Origin: Selaginella moellendorffii
Lineage: Eukaryota; Plantae; Lycopodiophyta
DNA length: 64,000 bases
Direction: 5' to 3'
NCBI RefSeq assembly: GCF_000143415.4
Contig: NW_003314294.1
Location: 367,402-431,401, forward strand
The notes under the pieces were generated by a model, which saw only the letters and a program-made list of their open reading frames with translations, was not told the DNA's origin and ran no database searches. Of the stretch, positions 45,601 to 57,956 are shown piece by piece. The first letter of the stretch is position 1, and the number at the start of each line of letters is the position of its first letter. The position numbers and the translations under genes were made by a program.

Positions 45601-47860
45601 CAAATCTTTCTTGTGCATGAGTTCCACGTCAAAATCAAGAGAGCACGCTCTTACAACCTGATCGTATCTGCAAAATAATTGCAGTTCGAAGCTTTCACAA
45701 GAACAAGTTACCCACCTGTCTTCGACATAGAGCCGTCCAAAAAGAATATTTTCCCGCAGAGATCCAGATCTTATCCATGGGGTCTGCAAGGAGTGGACAC
45801 CAGGTGTTAAATCACCAAAAGAGATCTGTTTCGATTGGACCTGTGAAACAAATGCAGTAGAACCTGAGACATAGACAGAATCCCGTTCACAATTCATCTC
45901 GTTTAAGATTGCGTGAAGAAGGGAACTCTTCCCAGATCCCACCTGCATCAACTTGTTATACAGAGGAAGCCCTGCGACGTAACTTACTTGGCCGAGAACG
46001 ACCACCAGTGATCCTTTTGGAATATCGAGTGAGATCCTTTTCAGAGTCGGCAAAGAAGAAGACCAGCTAAAGTCCATCTCAGACACCTTTAAGGCCGTAT
46101 TGCGGTCCATCTCAGGCGTGGTTCGAGAAAAAGTTTGTGAGGAATCGGGAGAGCTCAAAAAGCGTTGCAGCCTCTGAATAGACACCCATGCCTGGTTTTC
46201 TTTCATCGTCAAGGCGTGAAGAGAACGCAAAACAAATCAAGCAGCTTACCTCTACGATTCCAGTAATAACCCATGGAAAAGAGTTCAGTGGAGATATTAA
46301 AATGTTGAAAAGAGCAAGGCTGGTGAACACCTGAGCAGAGAAATACAGTCAGTCAGTCAGCTTTTGATAGTTACCGTGGCTGCATCCAGAGTATGTCCTA
46401 GGAACGTAAACAATCCAAACGTAAGGACCGAGAATAAAGTCGGTGTGCAGGCCCAGAAATAAACGCATAGAGCATCCAAGTATTTACGCGTCTGCAGGAA
46501 AAGACTGAAAGTTTAATTGATATCTTCGCAAGGCCAGACACTTACGGACAAGTGCTTCATTTCCTCGTTTCTGACTGTCCTGATTTTGTGAGCAAAAAAC
46601 GTTTCCCAGGCATACATCTTCACAGTCCAAATGTGAGTCAAAAGCTCACTTGTTCTCCGGATCCTGATATCCATGGAAGATTAAACAAGAACTTTTAAAA
46701 CATTTACAAGTCACCTCTCGTCTTTCTGAGCCATCATAAAAGTGTTTGCTTCACCAATTTTCACAGCTATCCATCGGTTCACTGCGTACCGAATTGTTAA
46801 CTTCGTCAAACGAAACCAGAACAGAAATTACCCGGTATGAGAAGGATAACCACGGCAAGCCCCGCTAAAAAGGAGTACTTGACTTGCATGTAAAGCATAC
46901 ACAAGGCCACAACTATCTGCAATGGAAGACTAGCCTTTAAAACGTTAATTCTAGCTCGTGAAAGAACACAAATGCTTACCTCCACAAGTCATGCACACTT
47001 GAAAAGAGATTAATCGTCCTGTCGGCATCTACAGACATCAGCGTTTGGATTTCTCCAGTGGAAAAAGAGTTGCGCTGAGCAACACGTATGCTCAAAGCCT
47101 GTGGATCTTTCACTCAGACAGTATCCAAGACAATTTAAGTCGAGCCTACCTTGCGATAGACAATTGTTGTTAATCCTGCCTTTAACTTTAGCCTCAGCCT
47201 TGCTACTAGAAAACTGTAGTGCGTTCCCATAAATCCTCTAGCAACAAAGCAAATTAGCTGCGCAAACCAACCAAACAAGCAATTCTACCTCAACAGCGAA
47301 ATACCTCCGATTCCACAAGCATACCAATAGCCACGTCCATGGCTGGTATGTTTACCTTTAAATCAACACCTTAAAACACAAATAGATCTCAAGGAGAACA
47401 AGCTCACCAGATTGCAGATACTTCATTATTGCATTGAGAAACAATGGGCCCGAGAAACTGAGGCAGTCATTGACAACCTGCAAATACTTGTTTTTTCAGT
47501 AAGTAGAGAATTGGTAGTCAAACCTTCAACAGTCCGATGAAGAAAAAACTCCATCCATAAGACCGGAAGATCGCCCAGAACAGCGACTTGTTTTCTGATT
47601 CTAAACAAGCTTCCCACAGTCGATCGCGGCATACTTCTGGATCGAGGTCCCCGGGCAATGGAAATAAATCGTCTTGGCAAAGTTGCTTGCCAGAACCAGC
47701 ATTCATGAGAGGATTCACCCATGAAAACGTTAGTGTGCTCCAGATCGAGGCACTCTAAAAAGGAGATGAAGTTTTAGAAGGAAAAGATCCTTGAGACAAG
47801 CACACCTGAGATGACGATGAAGCAGACTGTAGCAGAGGCTCTCTCTCTCCCTGTTTGAAG
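42621..47860 (-). CDS. ABCC13: ABC transporter C family, ABCC13/MRP7-like; many exons, 5' end unresolved
   Basis: Lasso [17 protein letters not shown]1: GQ|[34 protein letters not shown]2: [27 protein letters not shown]2: [31 protein letters not shown]. Stop TGA at 42623-42621. Confidence 0.88.
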
Positions 47861-48544
47861 CTGTAGCAAAACTTGGCAACTTATACAAGGAGCTCTGGTC
47901 AAAGAAAGAGCTTCTCACCTGTCTGATCCAAGCAAAGATAGAACCATGCTGGGAAGACTCGAATCAATCCTTCCCGAGGAAACCACCTCGATTACCTTCA
48001 CGAGGAAAAAAAAGGCAGCGATCCCCCGATCAAAGCACTATCACAGCTTACCAGCACTACTCAGCTTGAGAGAGGAATAAATCCTTCGCTCCTGAAGAAG
48101 CAAGAAAAGTTCTAGCTTCTCAGAACGAAAAATCTTAAAACCGTCACTTACCTCGCGCCAGGCAACTCCCTGGCTCATACATTGTCGATGCTTAGCTCAA
48201 AAGCAGAGTGATCGCTTCCAAATGAGCTGAATAACAAGCACATCCAGCTACAAACCATAAAAAAAAAACTCTCGAATGATGATCACGCGTGATGATAAAA
48301 AAGGAAATCGTACCTGTGCGCACAAAGAGATTCCTGACGCTGATGGATCCATCCCCCGAAAAACACCATGCCCTAGCACCAAGAACGCGCGCCGAGGGAG
48401 AGCGAGCGAGTAAACCTAGCTCATGCTTTAGGTGGCATTTCCTGGGCCGAGAATCGATCCGGCGCCATCCAACGTTTCCAGAAACTATTATTAGTCAGCG
48501 ATGGTTAAAGGCAAGGTCAACTGTCAACTCAAATCTATCTATCT

Positions 48545-48960
48545 AACTTGATTTCACTCTGGGTGGGTTTGGTCATAGTCTGTGGCTCGACACCAAACTC
48601 AAAACAACACGTCCTGGAGATTAATCCAGCACTTGAGAGTGATCAACCCCAACCAAGAACCACAGACTTACCATCTTGATCTGGAGGGTAATCCGCACCC
48701 GCATGATCTACCTTGTATGTATTGGGCTTCCACATGATCCATGGGTGATGAATACTTTCGCGAGAGCTAAAGTGCTCTGCTGAAATGCAAAAAAGAACTT
48801 CAGGTATGATCCAAAACAAGATGGGCTCTTCTGTTGATTCTTGGGATATCTACATTGTTGTAGCTCACTGTTCACTATACGGTGTGGTTTGAACCTGGGT
48901 TTGGCGTTGAGGATTTGCTCAACAGTGAAGCCAAGGCTGCAGAAGCGTGGAAGGGAAGGT
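48545..48960. pseudogene. Rearranged USP-like gene fragment with an internal inversion
   Basis: 48545-48700 matches the minus-strand 3' part of the USP copy at 62226, while 48700-48940 matches its middle part in plus orientation and has an in-frame stop. Confidence 0.6.
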
Positions 48961-49319
48961 CTGGGCTGTGAAGGGCGAACTCAAAACCTTGCAATGGGTT
49001 CTTACGGATAACGGTTTTCATTATATATAGTCTTAAAAAAAATTCTATTCGGAGTATATTATATTTTAACCTTAACTATTTTAACTCATTCTGTCACAAA
49101 AAAAGCATCTATTAATCACACACGCTTCCCATGGTCCACGATCAACCACGCCTCTGGTACGTCGGTCCAGACGGGAGGATAGAAGTCATAATGAAACCAC
49201 TTGAAGTTTCCATCTCCATCGCCATAGCCATGACTCGACGATATGGCCAAGAACAAGCGTAAGACTCTTCCAGAAAAAACCACCTAGGTTAACAAAAGTC
49301 AGCGATCGTGACTACTAAC

Positions 49320-50045
49320 ACTGACTACAGCTCGAAGACTTTCTTCCATGGCAGCAAAGGTGAAGAAGAACCCGACCTCTTATGAGAACTCCCAGGGACT
49401 TTTCGTGCCTCTTCTGGAAGTTGGCAAAGATGAAAACTCTGGCGCAAAGCTCCACAATTAATGTACTCTTCAAGCACATCCAGGTTATCGATCTGCGGCG
49501 GTCTCTGGTCTCCCGATACCGTAGCCAAGAGAGTCGCATTTCCTTTCAAGGGTTTCTTTCTATGTTTCTTTAACAGGGAGTGCTATTGAAGGATACGGCA
49601 GTGATCTCTGAAACCAGTGACTCTTCGTTAATTGCCAAAAGCTGAAACTTCCAGATGGTTGGTGACAACTACTATCTCTTCTTCCTTTGGTTTGTATCAC
49701 TCAGTCGTGATTGCTTGTGTGAAATTTTCCAACGGAACTATTGGCTGGTCCGTCGGTGCATTGCTTGGCTACGCACAAGGCGCAAAAGAGCGTGTGATCG
49801 CTTGCATTGGAGATGGAAGCTTTCAGGTACCCCTAAGTCTTCCACAAGTACAAGAAAAAGAGTCTTTTTTCTGCCAGGTTAAAGCACAAGATGGTATCAT
49901 GATTCGTTACACCCCATCACAGTCCTGGTTAACAGCGGTGTCGAAGTGGAGATCCACGACAGCCCCTACAACACGATCAAAACTTGGGATTACACCCAGG
50001 TGGTGAACACTTTTCACAACAATGACGGTGCTGGATAGCCAAGGT
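49320..50045 (+). pseudogene. PDC: Pyruvate decarboxylase 3' fragment
   Basis: [44 protein letters not shown] and [11 protein letters not shown], with frameshifts and deletions. Confidence 0.8.
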
Positions 50046-50309
50046 AGAAATATCTATATCTCCCAAGTTTGTCACCATTGTCTCCATCTCTTTTCTTGTA
50101 CAAGGCGTGTCGATGTTAGAATGTTTTAAAAAATGTTGTGAGGGTGCCAGGATTCGAACCCGGAGATACCATTTTGATGATTTTCTTTTTTTGGCCCCCT
50201 TATACTTATAGATGTATTTTCTCAATAAGATTAATTTATTTCATGACAAAAATTATCTTAAATAAACGCAGAATATACTACAAAATTTTAGCCGGACTAT
50301 ACGCTGGTT

Positions 50310-50735
50310 GAAGAGAGAACTCAAAGCCTGGCGTTGGGTTCTGGTGGAAAGATACGATCTACCTTGTATGTATTGGACGTCCACAGGATCCATGCATGAA
50401 TACTTTCACGAGAGCTAAAGCACTCTGCCAAAATGCAAAGAAAGAGCTTCCGGTATGATCATCCAAATCCTCTTTTTGTTCTCACTATTCACTGCACGGT
50501 GCGGCGTTTTGGTGACCACCCTGTTGAGATGCAAGGCCGTGGGTGATTACCTGGTGTCAAGACCTTGGTAAGTTTGTGGTTCTTGGTTGAATCGATCATT
50601 CAATTGCTGTCCATTTGATCTCAGGGAGGGGAGGGAATCTCTTAAGCCGGACAGTCAATTGGAAAACAATGACGAGATCTGCCTGAAAGCAAGAAAGTGC
50701 AACCCCCAAAAGGATCGCAACCCCCCAAGCTTCAT
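50310..50735 (+). pseudogene. USP-like pseudogene (multiply deleted copy of the 63452 type)
   Basis: Colinear with the reverse complement of 63470-64000 but with several short deletions. Confidence 0.65.
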
Positions 50736-51047
50736 TTCATTCTAAGATCAATCTTTAATTTGATTATTTTTTTTACATTCTTGGCCTGGAGTGGTTTGCA
50801 GTTTTTTTATTTGGCAAGCAGCTTCTCAAAACGATCTTTGAACCTCACTTAGTATTGTGAGCATCAGGCCGTAAGCGTCGGCCAACTCGATAAGAGACCT
50901 GCAGTGCACAAAACGAAAAATCTTAAAATCTTTAGCTCAAAACTAGAATAACAAGCACATCCAGCTTATCATAAAAAAAACCCATCCAGCTTGTTCAAAA
51001 AATTATATTATTATAGGATCAACTTTCAATTCAAAGGGAGACGATCG

Positions 51048-51616
51048 TCAACTTGAAGCTTTGGGGGGCTTGCGATTGGGCTTCACAGAGATCACATCAT
51101 AGTCTCCTACACATGGCTCTTCCGGCTCAAGAAACTCAAAACAACACATCCTGGAGGTTAAATCCAGCACTTTTGAGTGTGATCAATCGAACGAAGAAGC
51201 ACAGAACGTACCTGCTTGATCTCGCAGACACCAGGTAATCCGCACCCACAGCCTTGGCTTCACTGTTGAGCAAACTCGCAACACTGCTTTCATCACGATG
51301 CCGCGCCGTGTAGTGAATGGTGAGCTAAACAAACGCAAACATAATAAAGCACCAGTTTTAACGATCATTCAGATTATACCTGAAGCTCTTTCTTTGAATT
51401 TTGGCAGAGCGCTTTAGCTCTTTCGAAAGTATTCATCACCCATGGTTCCTCTAGAAGCCCAATACATACGAGATAGATTGTGTCCTTGGCGTGCAACCGG
51501 TTATCCGCAAGAACCCATTTCAAGGCTTTGAGTTCTGTCTTCACAGCCACAACCCACACCTTCCCTTCCTTTTTCCCAGCAACATCCTCCAGGCACACGC
51601 GGATGCTTTCTCCCAT
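51048..51616 (-). CDS. Divergent universal stress protein (USP)-like gene, 3 exons
   Basis: Open spliced frame MGES..KVWVVAVKTELKALKWVL..DTIYLVCI..KELQ|LTIHY..LLNSEAKAVGADYLVSARSSR|MCCFEF..YDVISVK..*. TATA upstream. Confidence 0.7.
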
Positions 51617-51924
51617 TGCTAGTAGATGTATCCTTGTGGTTTTCAATATATATCGTCTAAGTGGCTAAAATTTCGTTTGCTATTTTTCGACCTCCGTATT
51701 AGGGCTGCCTGGGACAAAAAAGAAAACCGAGTTTTTCATTAAAGTCTTTATATGGACCCTTTTCAAGACTGCTACAAATTAATTTTTTAATTAATTAGAA
51801 TCTTTTTATTATAGCAGAATCAATTTCTTTTTTAGTGTAAGAAGGACCTAAATTAATTATGTCTACATTCTAGCATATACTAAGATATTTAACTCATAAG
51901 GAAATAAGAAAAACAAAATGAATT

Positions 51925-52000
51925 GGGGGTGTAGTGGTTTATCCCAAAACAAAAAAAGAAACCAAAATGGTATCTCCGGGTTCGACTCCCGGCACCCTCA
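51925..52000 (+). other. tRNA-like 76-nt element (acceptor-like stem and T-arm with B-box, A-rich centre)
   Basis: GGGGGTG can pair with CACCCTC-A, and the T-arm is CCGGG-TTCGACT-CCCGG followed by T-runs. Other copies at ~59269-59344 and, partial on the minus strand, ~50140-50175. Confidence 0.4.
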
Positions 52001-52087
52001 CTTATTTTTAACATTTTTACCGGTTTTGAGCGCTTCAGTCGAAACCTTCCAGGAAAAAAGTGAGATGGTGAATATGAACTTGACAGA

Positions 52088-54209
52088 TACCTTGGCTGTC
52101 CAGCATTTGCCATCATTGTTGTGGAAAGCGTTCACCACTCCAGTGTAACCCAAGTTTTTTATCGTGTTGTAGGCTCCGTCGTGGATCTCCACTTCAATAG
52201 TGTCGCCACTGCTGTTAATCAGGAATATGATGCTCCTTTGGCCGTAACGAATCATGGTACCAACATCTTGTGCTGCAACCTGGAGAGACATACCAGGTTA
52301 AAAAAGAAAAGAAACTCTTTTTCTTGTAGACTTCGGCGTACCTGAAAGCTTCCATCTCCAATGCAAGTGATAACACGCTTATCTTTTGTCCGTGCCAAGC
52401 AGGGCACCGACAGAACAGCCAATAGCTCCGTATTGCATCTGGAATTCATATCTGGAATATATCCGAGTGATAGAAAACAAATGAAGAAAATATTACAGTT
52501 CTCACCCGCAACCATCCGGAAGTTTCAGCTTTTGACAATTAAACCAAGAATCACCCGTTTCAGAGATCACTGCCGTACCCTTTGATAGCATTCCCTGTAG
52601 AGACAAGAGAGAAGGAAAGAATTTTAAGAAACCATTGAAAGAAAGGGTATGTGCTTGAAGAGTACATTAACTCGGAGCTTTGCGCCAGAGTTTTCCTCGC
52701 CGCCAACTTTCGCCAGAGGCACGTAAAGTCTCACGAAGTTCTCGTAGGAGGTCGCGTGCTTCTTCACCTTAGCCGCGAGGCCGTAGAGAAAGTCATTCAT
52801 GAGCACGCATCCAAACGAGAGGCCTCCACCGATGGTCACTCTCTTGGGCTCGACCATTATAGCTTTCTCCTTCTTGATCAGGAGTGAGTATCCCACGGAG
52901 CTGTAACCGTTGAAGATCGGCCCGGCAAAGAGATAAGCGTCGGCCGACTCGGACAGCTTCGCAGCAGCATGGAGAGCTCACAGCTCACCAGTATGTCCCG
53001 AGGAAACGTTTTTGGTCGACCAGTGCATTTTTTTATTGGTTTTTTATGGTTTGTAGCTGCTTGTTATTCGTCTTTATATTATTATTGGTCAATTTTCAAG
53101 TCAAAGCAAAGGGAGACGATCGTCAACTTGAAGCTTTTGCGATGCTTTCTCTTAAAAAGAACAAGCGGGTTTTTTTATAGAGTCTCAATTGATCAGAAGA
53201 ACCCTAATGCACTAGCATTTGAATCATTCATTCATTTACATGGTATTGTGGTGCCTCCCAAGAAACATGGGACCAAATAAGTTGCCAGGATAGTTTGGCA
53301 GCTGCCACTGGGTTCTAGGTCTCTTGCGCTTCCAGCCTGTTGCCCCTTAGTGAAGCTGCAAGTGAGGGCTTGGCGTTTGAGTTCCATTTCCCGTATCGTC
53401 CATCTTAGACCGCTGAGGAGCCTGCAGAGGTGTTTATATTCGGACACATCGTCCACCTTTTCAAGACAGGTGAAGCAAAATGATTTTAGCTCTCACAAGT
53501 ATTCATACCATTGCCAGACCTAAATTGATTGTGTCTATGGTTTATCCCAAAACAAAAAAAAAAAACCAAAATGGTAACAGCAGCGGCCCCCATTCGAGCA
53601 GCTCCTTGCTCGCGATGCTCATTGCTGTGGAAAGCGTTCACCACTCCAGTGTAATCTTTTTTCAGCCACCGTTGTTAATCAGGAATATGATGCTCCTTTG
53701 GCCGTAAACCTAGACAGACCAGGAAAGAAGTTCCACAAAAGAGCCAAGTTCCTATAAAAGCTTTGTCTTGGTTCCCATAAATGCTTGTGTTATGTCAGCA
53801 CAAGGGTTTCCAAACAAGACACAAATCTTCCACGCAAAAACCATCAAAATCATTGATGAGAGATTCCATGCTCCACAAAATAAACAAGTTTTCAATCGCA
53901 AGAGCAATGGATGTTCCACACAGAAAGAAGAAAAAGAGAGAAAAAATTTCGTTACCTGTGATGAAAGAATTCGAATTGGGGCCTCCAACGATGCAAATCA
54001 CCGGTAAATTCTCGCTGTAGGAGCCCGCGATGGTTGATGACGCTAAGCCCCCCAACAGTGAAGGTCACGGCGCAAGCTCCCACGCCTTTGGCCCGCGCGT
54101 AGCCATCGGTGGCATACCCAGTATTGAGCTCGTCGCAATAGCCCACGAAATTCAGCAGATTAAAATCCCCCAGCACACCGAAGAGATCGGTTACGCCGCT
54201 CTCTGGCAA
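52088..54209 (-). pseudogene. PDC: Pyruvate decarboxylase pseudogene, copy A
   Basis: VTDLFGV.GDFNL (followed by a deletion), [57 protein letters not shown] and EIHDGAYN. Middle exons are missing and there are frameshifts. Confidence 0.88.
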
Positions 54210-54505
54210 ATCTTGGCAAATCTCTAAGAACTTGACAAGTATTATAATATTAATACTTAAAAATATTATTAAAACATGTAAACAATAGCGAACTGTATTT
54301 TGTGTACAAATGTCATGAACAAATGGTACTCATCCTTAATGATTTTTATTATTTAAAACTAATAATTAAAACATTGAGAAAAAACACATGGCTTTATAAA
54401 ATAGATATATAGTTTAATTGCTTATTTCTTATTTGTAATAACGAGCTTTAAAATTTTATTATTAGTCATTTTTTATTTTTCTTTTCTTGAAAGCTATTAT
54501 GCACA

Positions 54506-54605
54506 NNNNNNNNNNNNNNNNNNNNNNNNNNNNNNNNNNNNNNNNNNNNNNNNNNNNNNNNNNNNNNNNNNNNNNNNNNNNNNNNNNNNNNNNNNNNNNN
54601 NNNNN
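54506..54605. other. Assembly gap (100 N)
   Basis: Run of N. Confidence 1.
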
Positions 54606-54860
54606 ATTGACATACCAATCAATCCTGGGCCAGATGGATATTTATTTCAAGAATCAATAAGTGTTGCTTATCAACAAGTTATTATTCGAATTTATATATT
54701 TCGTGATGCTTTATGGGGTTTTAATTGTAGATCACTTCCTGAAGGCTTGCATTTACTGCACGATATTTACAAGAAACATTTACTTAAATATTACGACTTG
54801 TAGAATATTATGCACGTCTTTATGGTTTACAAGAAATTATTATTATTATTATTTTGCTAG

Positions 54861-55356
54861 TGGACCAATAATAAGAGATCCTGATGATCCAATACCTTCT
54901 TTAGAATATCCAAAAGGTTTACCTGATGATAATAATCCACCTAGAGATATTTTAAATGGTGATTTTGATACTTCACAATGTTGGGCATATAGAACACAAT
55001 TAATAAGTGGATATAAATATAGAATTGGTACATATATAATTAATGGCAATGCTTTAGTATCATCAAATAATCATTATAGAGCAACCCTTATCAATTGTAA
55101 TTTAATAATTGAAAGTATTCTTCATGAACAAAGTATATGGTCCACAAATTCAGAAAAATTTGATGCTTCTTGTTATTTACATCTTCAATATAGTGGTCAT
55201 TTACTTATAAATGAAGATGATAATATTATATGGGAAAATGATAATTATTGTTTAGAATGCATACTTTTTGCTTTATTAACACTTGAAGATAATGAAAAAT
55301 TAGTTGTATCAAGTCATATTGGTAACTCAAAAAATATAATTTGGAAAAATAGTTAG
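54861..55356 (+). CDS. Bulb-type (B-)lectin-like domain, probably the last exon of a gene cut by the gap
   Basis: LVSSNNHYRATLINCNLII..IWSTNS..CYLHLQYSGHLLI..IIW..LTLEDNEKLVV..IIWKNS follows the three-repeat B-lectin pattern. Candidate acceptor TTGCTAG ends at 54860. Confidence 0.6.
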
Positions 55357-56691
55357 AAAATTCATTATAATATATAAATTTATAGTAATTTGTAAGATTA
55401 AAAACTTAATTTGATGCATATTGCACACAACAATATGTGGCTTGTTATTCCTGTTTAGTAATGCAATTGACCAATATGAAGTTTATAATTATAAATATAT
55501 TTGTAATTTATAACTACAAGATTAATCTTATTGCATAAGATGGTAGAATAAACTAGTATATACTAAAAAGTGTTTAGGAAAGTTTATAATTTATAAATGC
55601 AAAATTAATCTAAATGAATAGTAACTTTAGATGGTAGAATATCCTAGAATATCCAAGAATATTCTAGGCATATTCATTACCAACCAAAATATAAGTGAAG
55701 TTTAAATGAGGAAAAGAAAGAAAATAACTTAATAAAAGTTATAATATACATCAATTTAAACCTGGCAAGCTTTGGCTTTAAATAAGAAAATTTATATTTT
55801 GAGATCTAGGTGTAATATGACAATGCTATATACTATTATTAATATAGTGGGATTTTGGTAACCATCAAACTCTTTTTAATTTAGACCACTTACTTTTATA
55901 TATATTGTCTAGATATGTTGGTTCTTTTGTTTCTTAGAGAGTTCTTATTATGTGTTTTCCACATTGATAGTGATAAGGGGCACCTTTGATTGTATATGAT
56001 GAGTGGTTTGATTTGTGCTTTTGGTTTCAGATCTATCTTTTATATTCTAGATCTCTTTTTCTTTTATAACTTTTCAATTTTTTCTCTTTTTTTTCCTTCA
56101 TTTAATTTATCTTTATGGCAAAGTAGTAGCCTTTTCCTCTTCCTCTGACTCTAGAGTAGCAATTAGTGTAATTATTGAATGATGTATGGTCATAGTTGAC
56201 CAATTAAACTCATTTGATAGTGGCATTTATAATGTATGGTGCATTCTTATTGCCAACTGTTGCATCTAACTGGAGTTTTTATTTGGGAATCTTAGGGATG
56301 ATGTGTATTATTAGTTCAATCATTTTATGATGATTACCACTTATTATTCTTGGGATGATGCTCAACATTTACTCAAGTTTCCCATGTTTTTAAAGGATAA
56401 TATTATAGTGGTGTAATGGTTTAAGGATAGCCACTTATATGGACTAAAGCCTTATCTTAGATGTATTTAAGTACACATTTGGATTTGTTGATGATTGTGA
56501 TGATGCAATTCAACAATTGCATCATCTCCTTCAAAAGTTGTTTAAGTTAGTGATGTAATTTGGTATTTACTTTTGAAGTCAATTACTTCATATGGAGCTA
56601 AATATGCTAGAGCAAATCAAGTTGAAAATGTTATGGCTAATGCTTCATTAAAATCTTGTGAGCCTTATGCATGTATTTACTCTTACCATCC

Positions 56692-56888
56692 TATAAGCAA
56701 ACTAAAAAAATAATTCAAAAGATAATCTATAGGGGTTCAAATATAGAGAAAAAAGAGCTTATGAATAAAAGTGCATCCTTTTTTTCTAATTAGTTAATCT
56801 ACTTGGAATATTTAAAGTCAAATATCCTTTGATTTAAATAGTATTAGGCTAAATAACCTCCCAAAAAGTCCAAATCTAAGAGCTTACA
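56692..56888 (+). mobile_element. Old solo LTR of Cassandra-like TRIM
   Basis: Aligns to 11760-11937 plus the terminal AAATCTAAGAGCTTACA. The flanks CATCC and CACCT are consistent with a C>T-eroded TSD. Confidence 0.75.
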
Positions 56889-57325
56889 CACCTTTAATAA
56901 CACTCTTTGATTAACATAATGTTATGAGATATTTATTGCACAAATTTCAACTCCACTTTGTATAAAAGATGATCTTGTTCTAGTGGAAGTTGATGTTATT
57001 GTTGCCCATGTTCAAGGGCAAAGGCAAAAATGTGGTCAATGATTATTTACAATTGATGGTGCATTTGGTTTTTATTTCATGCTTTCTCCATGCTTATTAT
57101 AACTTTCTTATTCTAGGCAAGTATATAGCATATCATTGTGTAACTAAGAAGTTACATAGGTTTATAACTTTTCTATTCTAGGCAAGTATATAGCATATCA
57201 TCTTGTAACTAAGAAACTATATAGGTTTTTCTATTGGTCGGAGATATAATATGATAAGAACTCGTGATAATGTAGTGTATTTCTAGACGAGATATTAAAA
57301 CATGGCTATAAATGTAGAACCATTA

Positions 57326-57956
57326 TGTAAGCTCCTGAATTTGGACTTTCTGGGAGGTCACTTAACTTAGTATTATTTAAACCCAAGGACACCTAACCCC
57401 AAATATTTCAAGACCCTTAATCAATTGAAAAAGAGGGCGCACACTCTTGTTCATAAGCCCTTTCCCTCTATATTTGAACCTTTATAAATCGAAACTATAG
57501 CTCTTCTGAAAGCCCCGCTCTCTTGACACCCTACCCCTTGGGTCGAGCCCAACTTGAGCAAACTAAACCTATCAAATGTTAATTAATATGTGGTGTAATT
57601 CTCCTAAGCCAATTAACAGAGTTGGACTTGAGACCTCTGCAATTCTCAATCAATATATGGTGTGATTCTCCTAAGCTAATTAATAGAGTTGGACTTGAGA
57701 CCTCTACAATTCTCTTAGGCCAACTAACAGAGTTGGACTTGAGACATCTTTAATACCAAATGTAATCTCCTGAATTTGGACTTCTTGGGAAGTCACCCAC
57801 CCTAGTATTATTCAAACCCAAGGACGCTTAACCCAAATATCCCAAGACCCTTAATCAATTGGAAAATGAGGTGCACACTCTTATTCATAGGCCCTTTCTT
57901 TTTATATTTGAACTTTTATGGATTGTTTTTCGAGTAATTCCTTTTGGTTACTTACA
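57326..57956 (-). mobile_element. Full-length Cassandra-like TRIM (631 bp)
   Basis: 5' LTR 57956-57761 (TG..CA), PBS-like TGGTATTAAAG at 57758, short internal region with tandem repeats, PPT AAGGGGTAGGG at 57539-57529, 3' LTR 57528-57326 and perfect TSD CATTA. Both LTRs carry the 5S segment. Confidence 0.9.

Noticed and set aside
53230-53470. GC-richer insert within PDC copy A
   Set aside because: Looks like a captured fragment but cannot be identified without a search.
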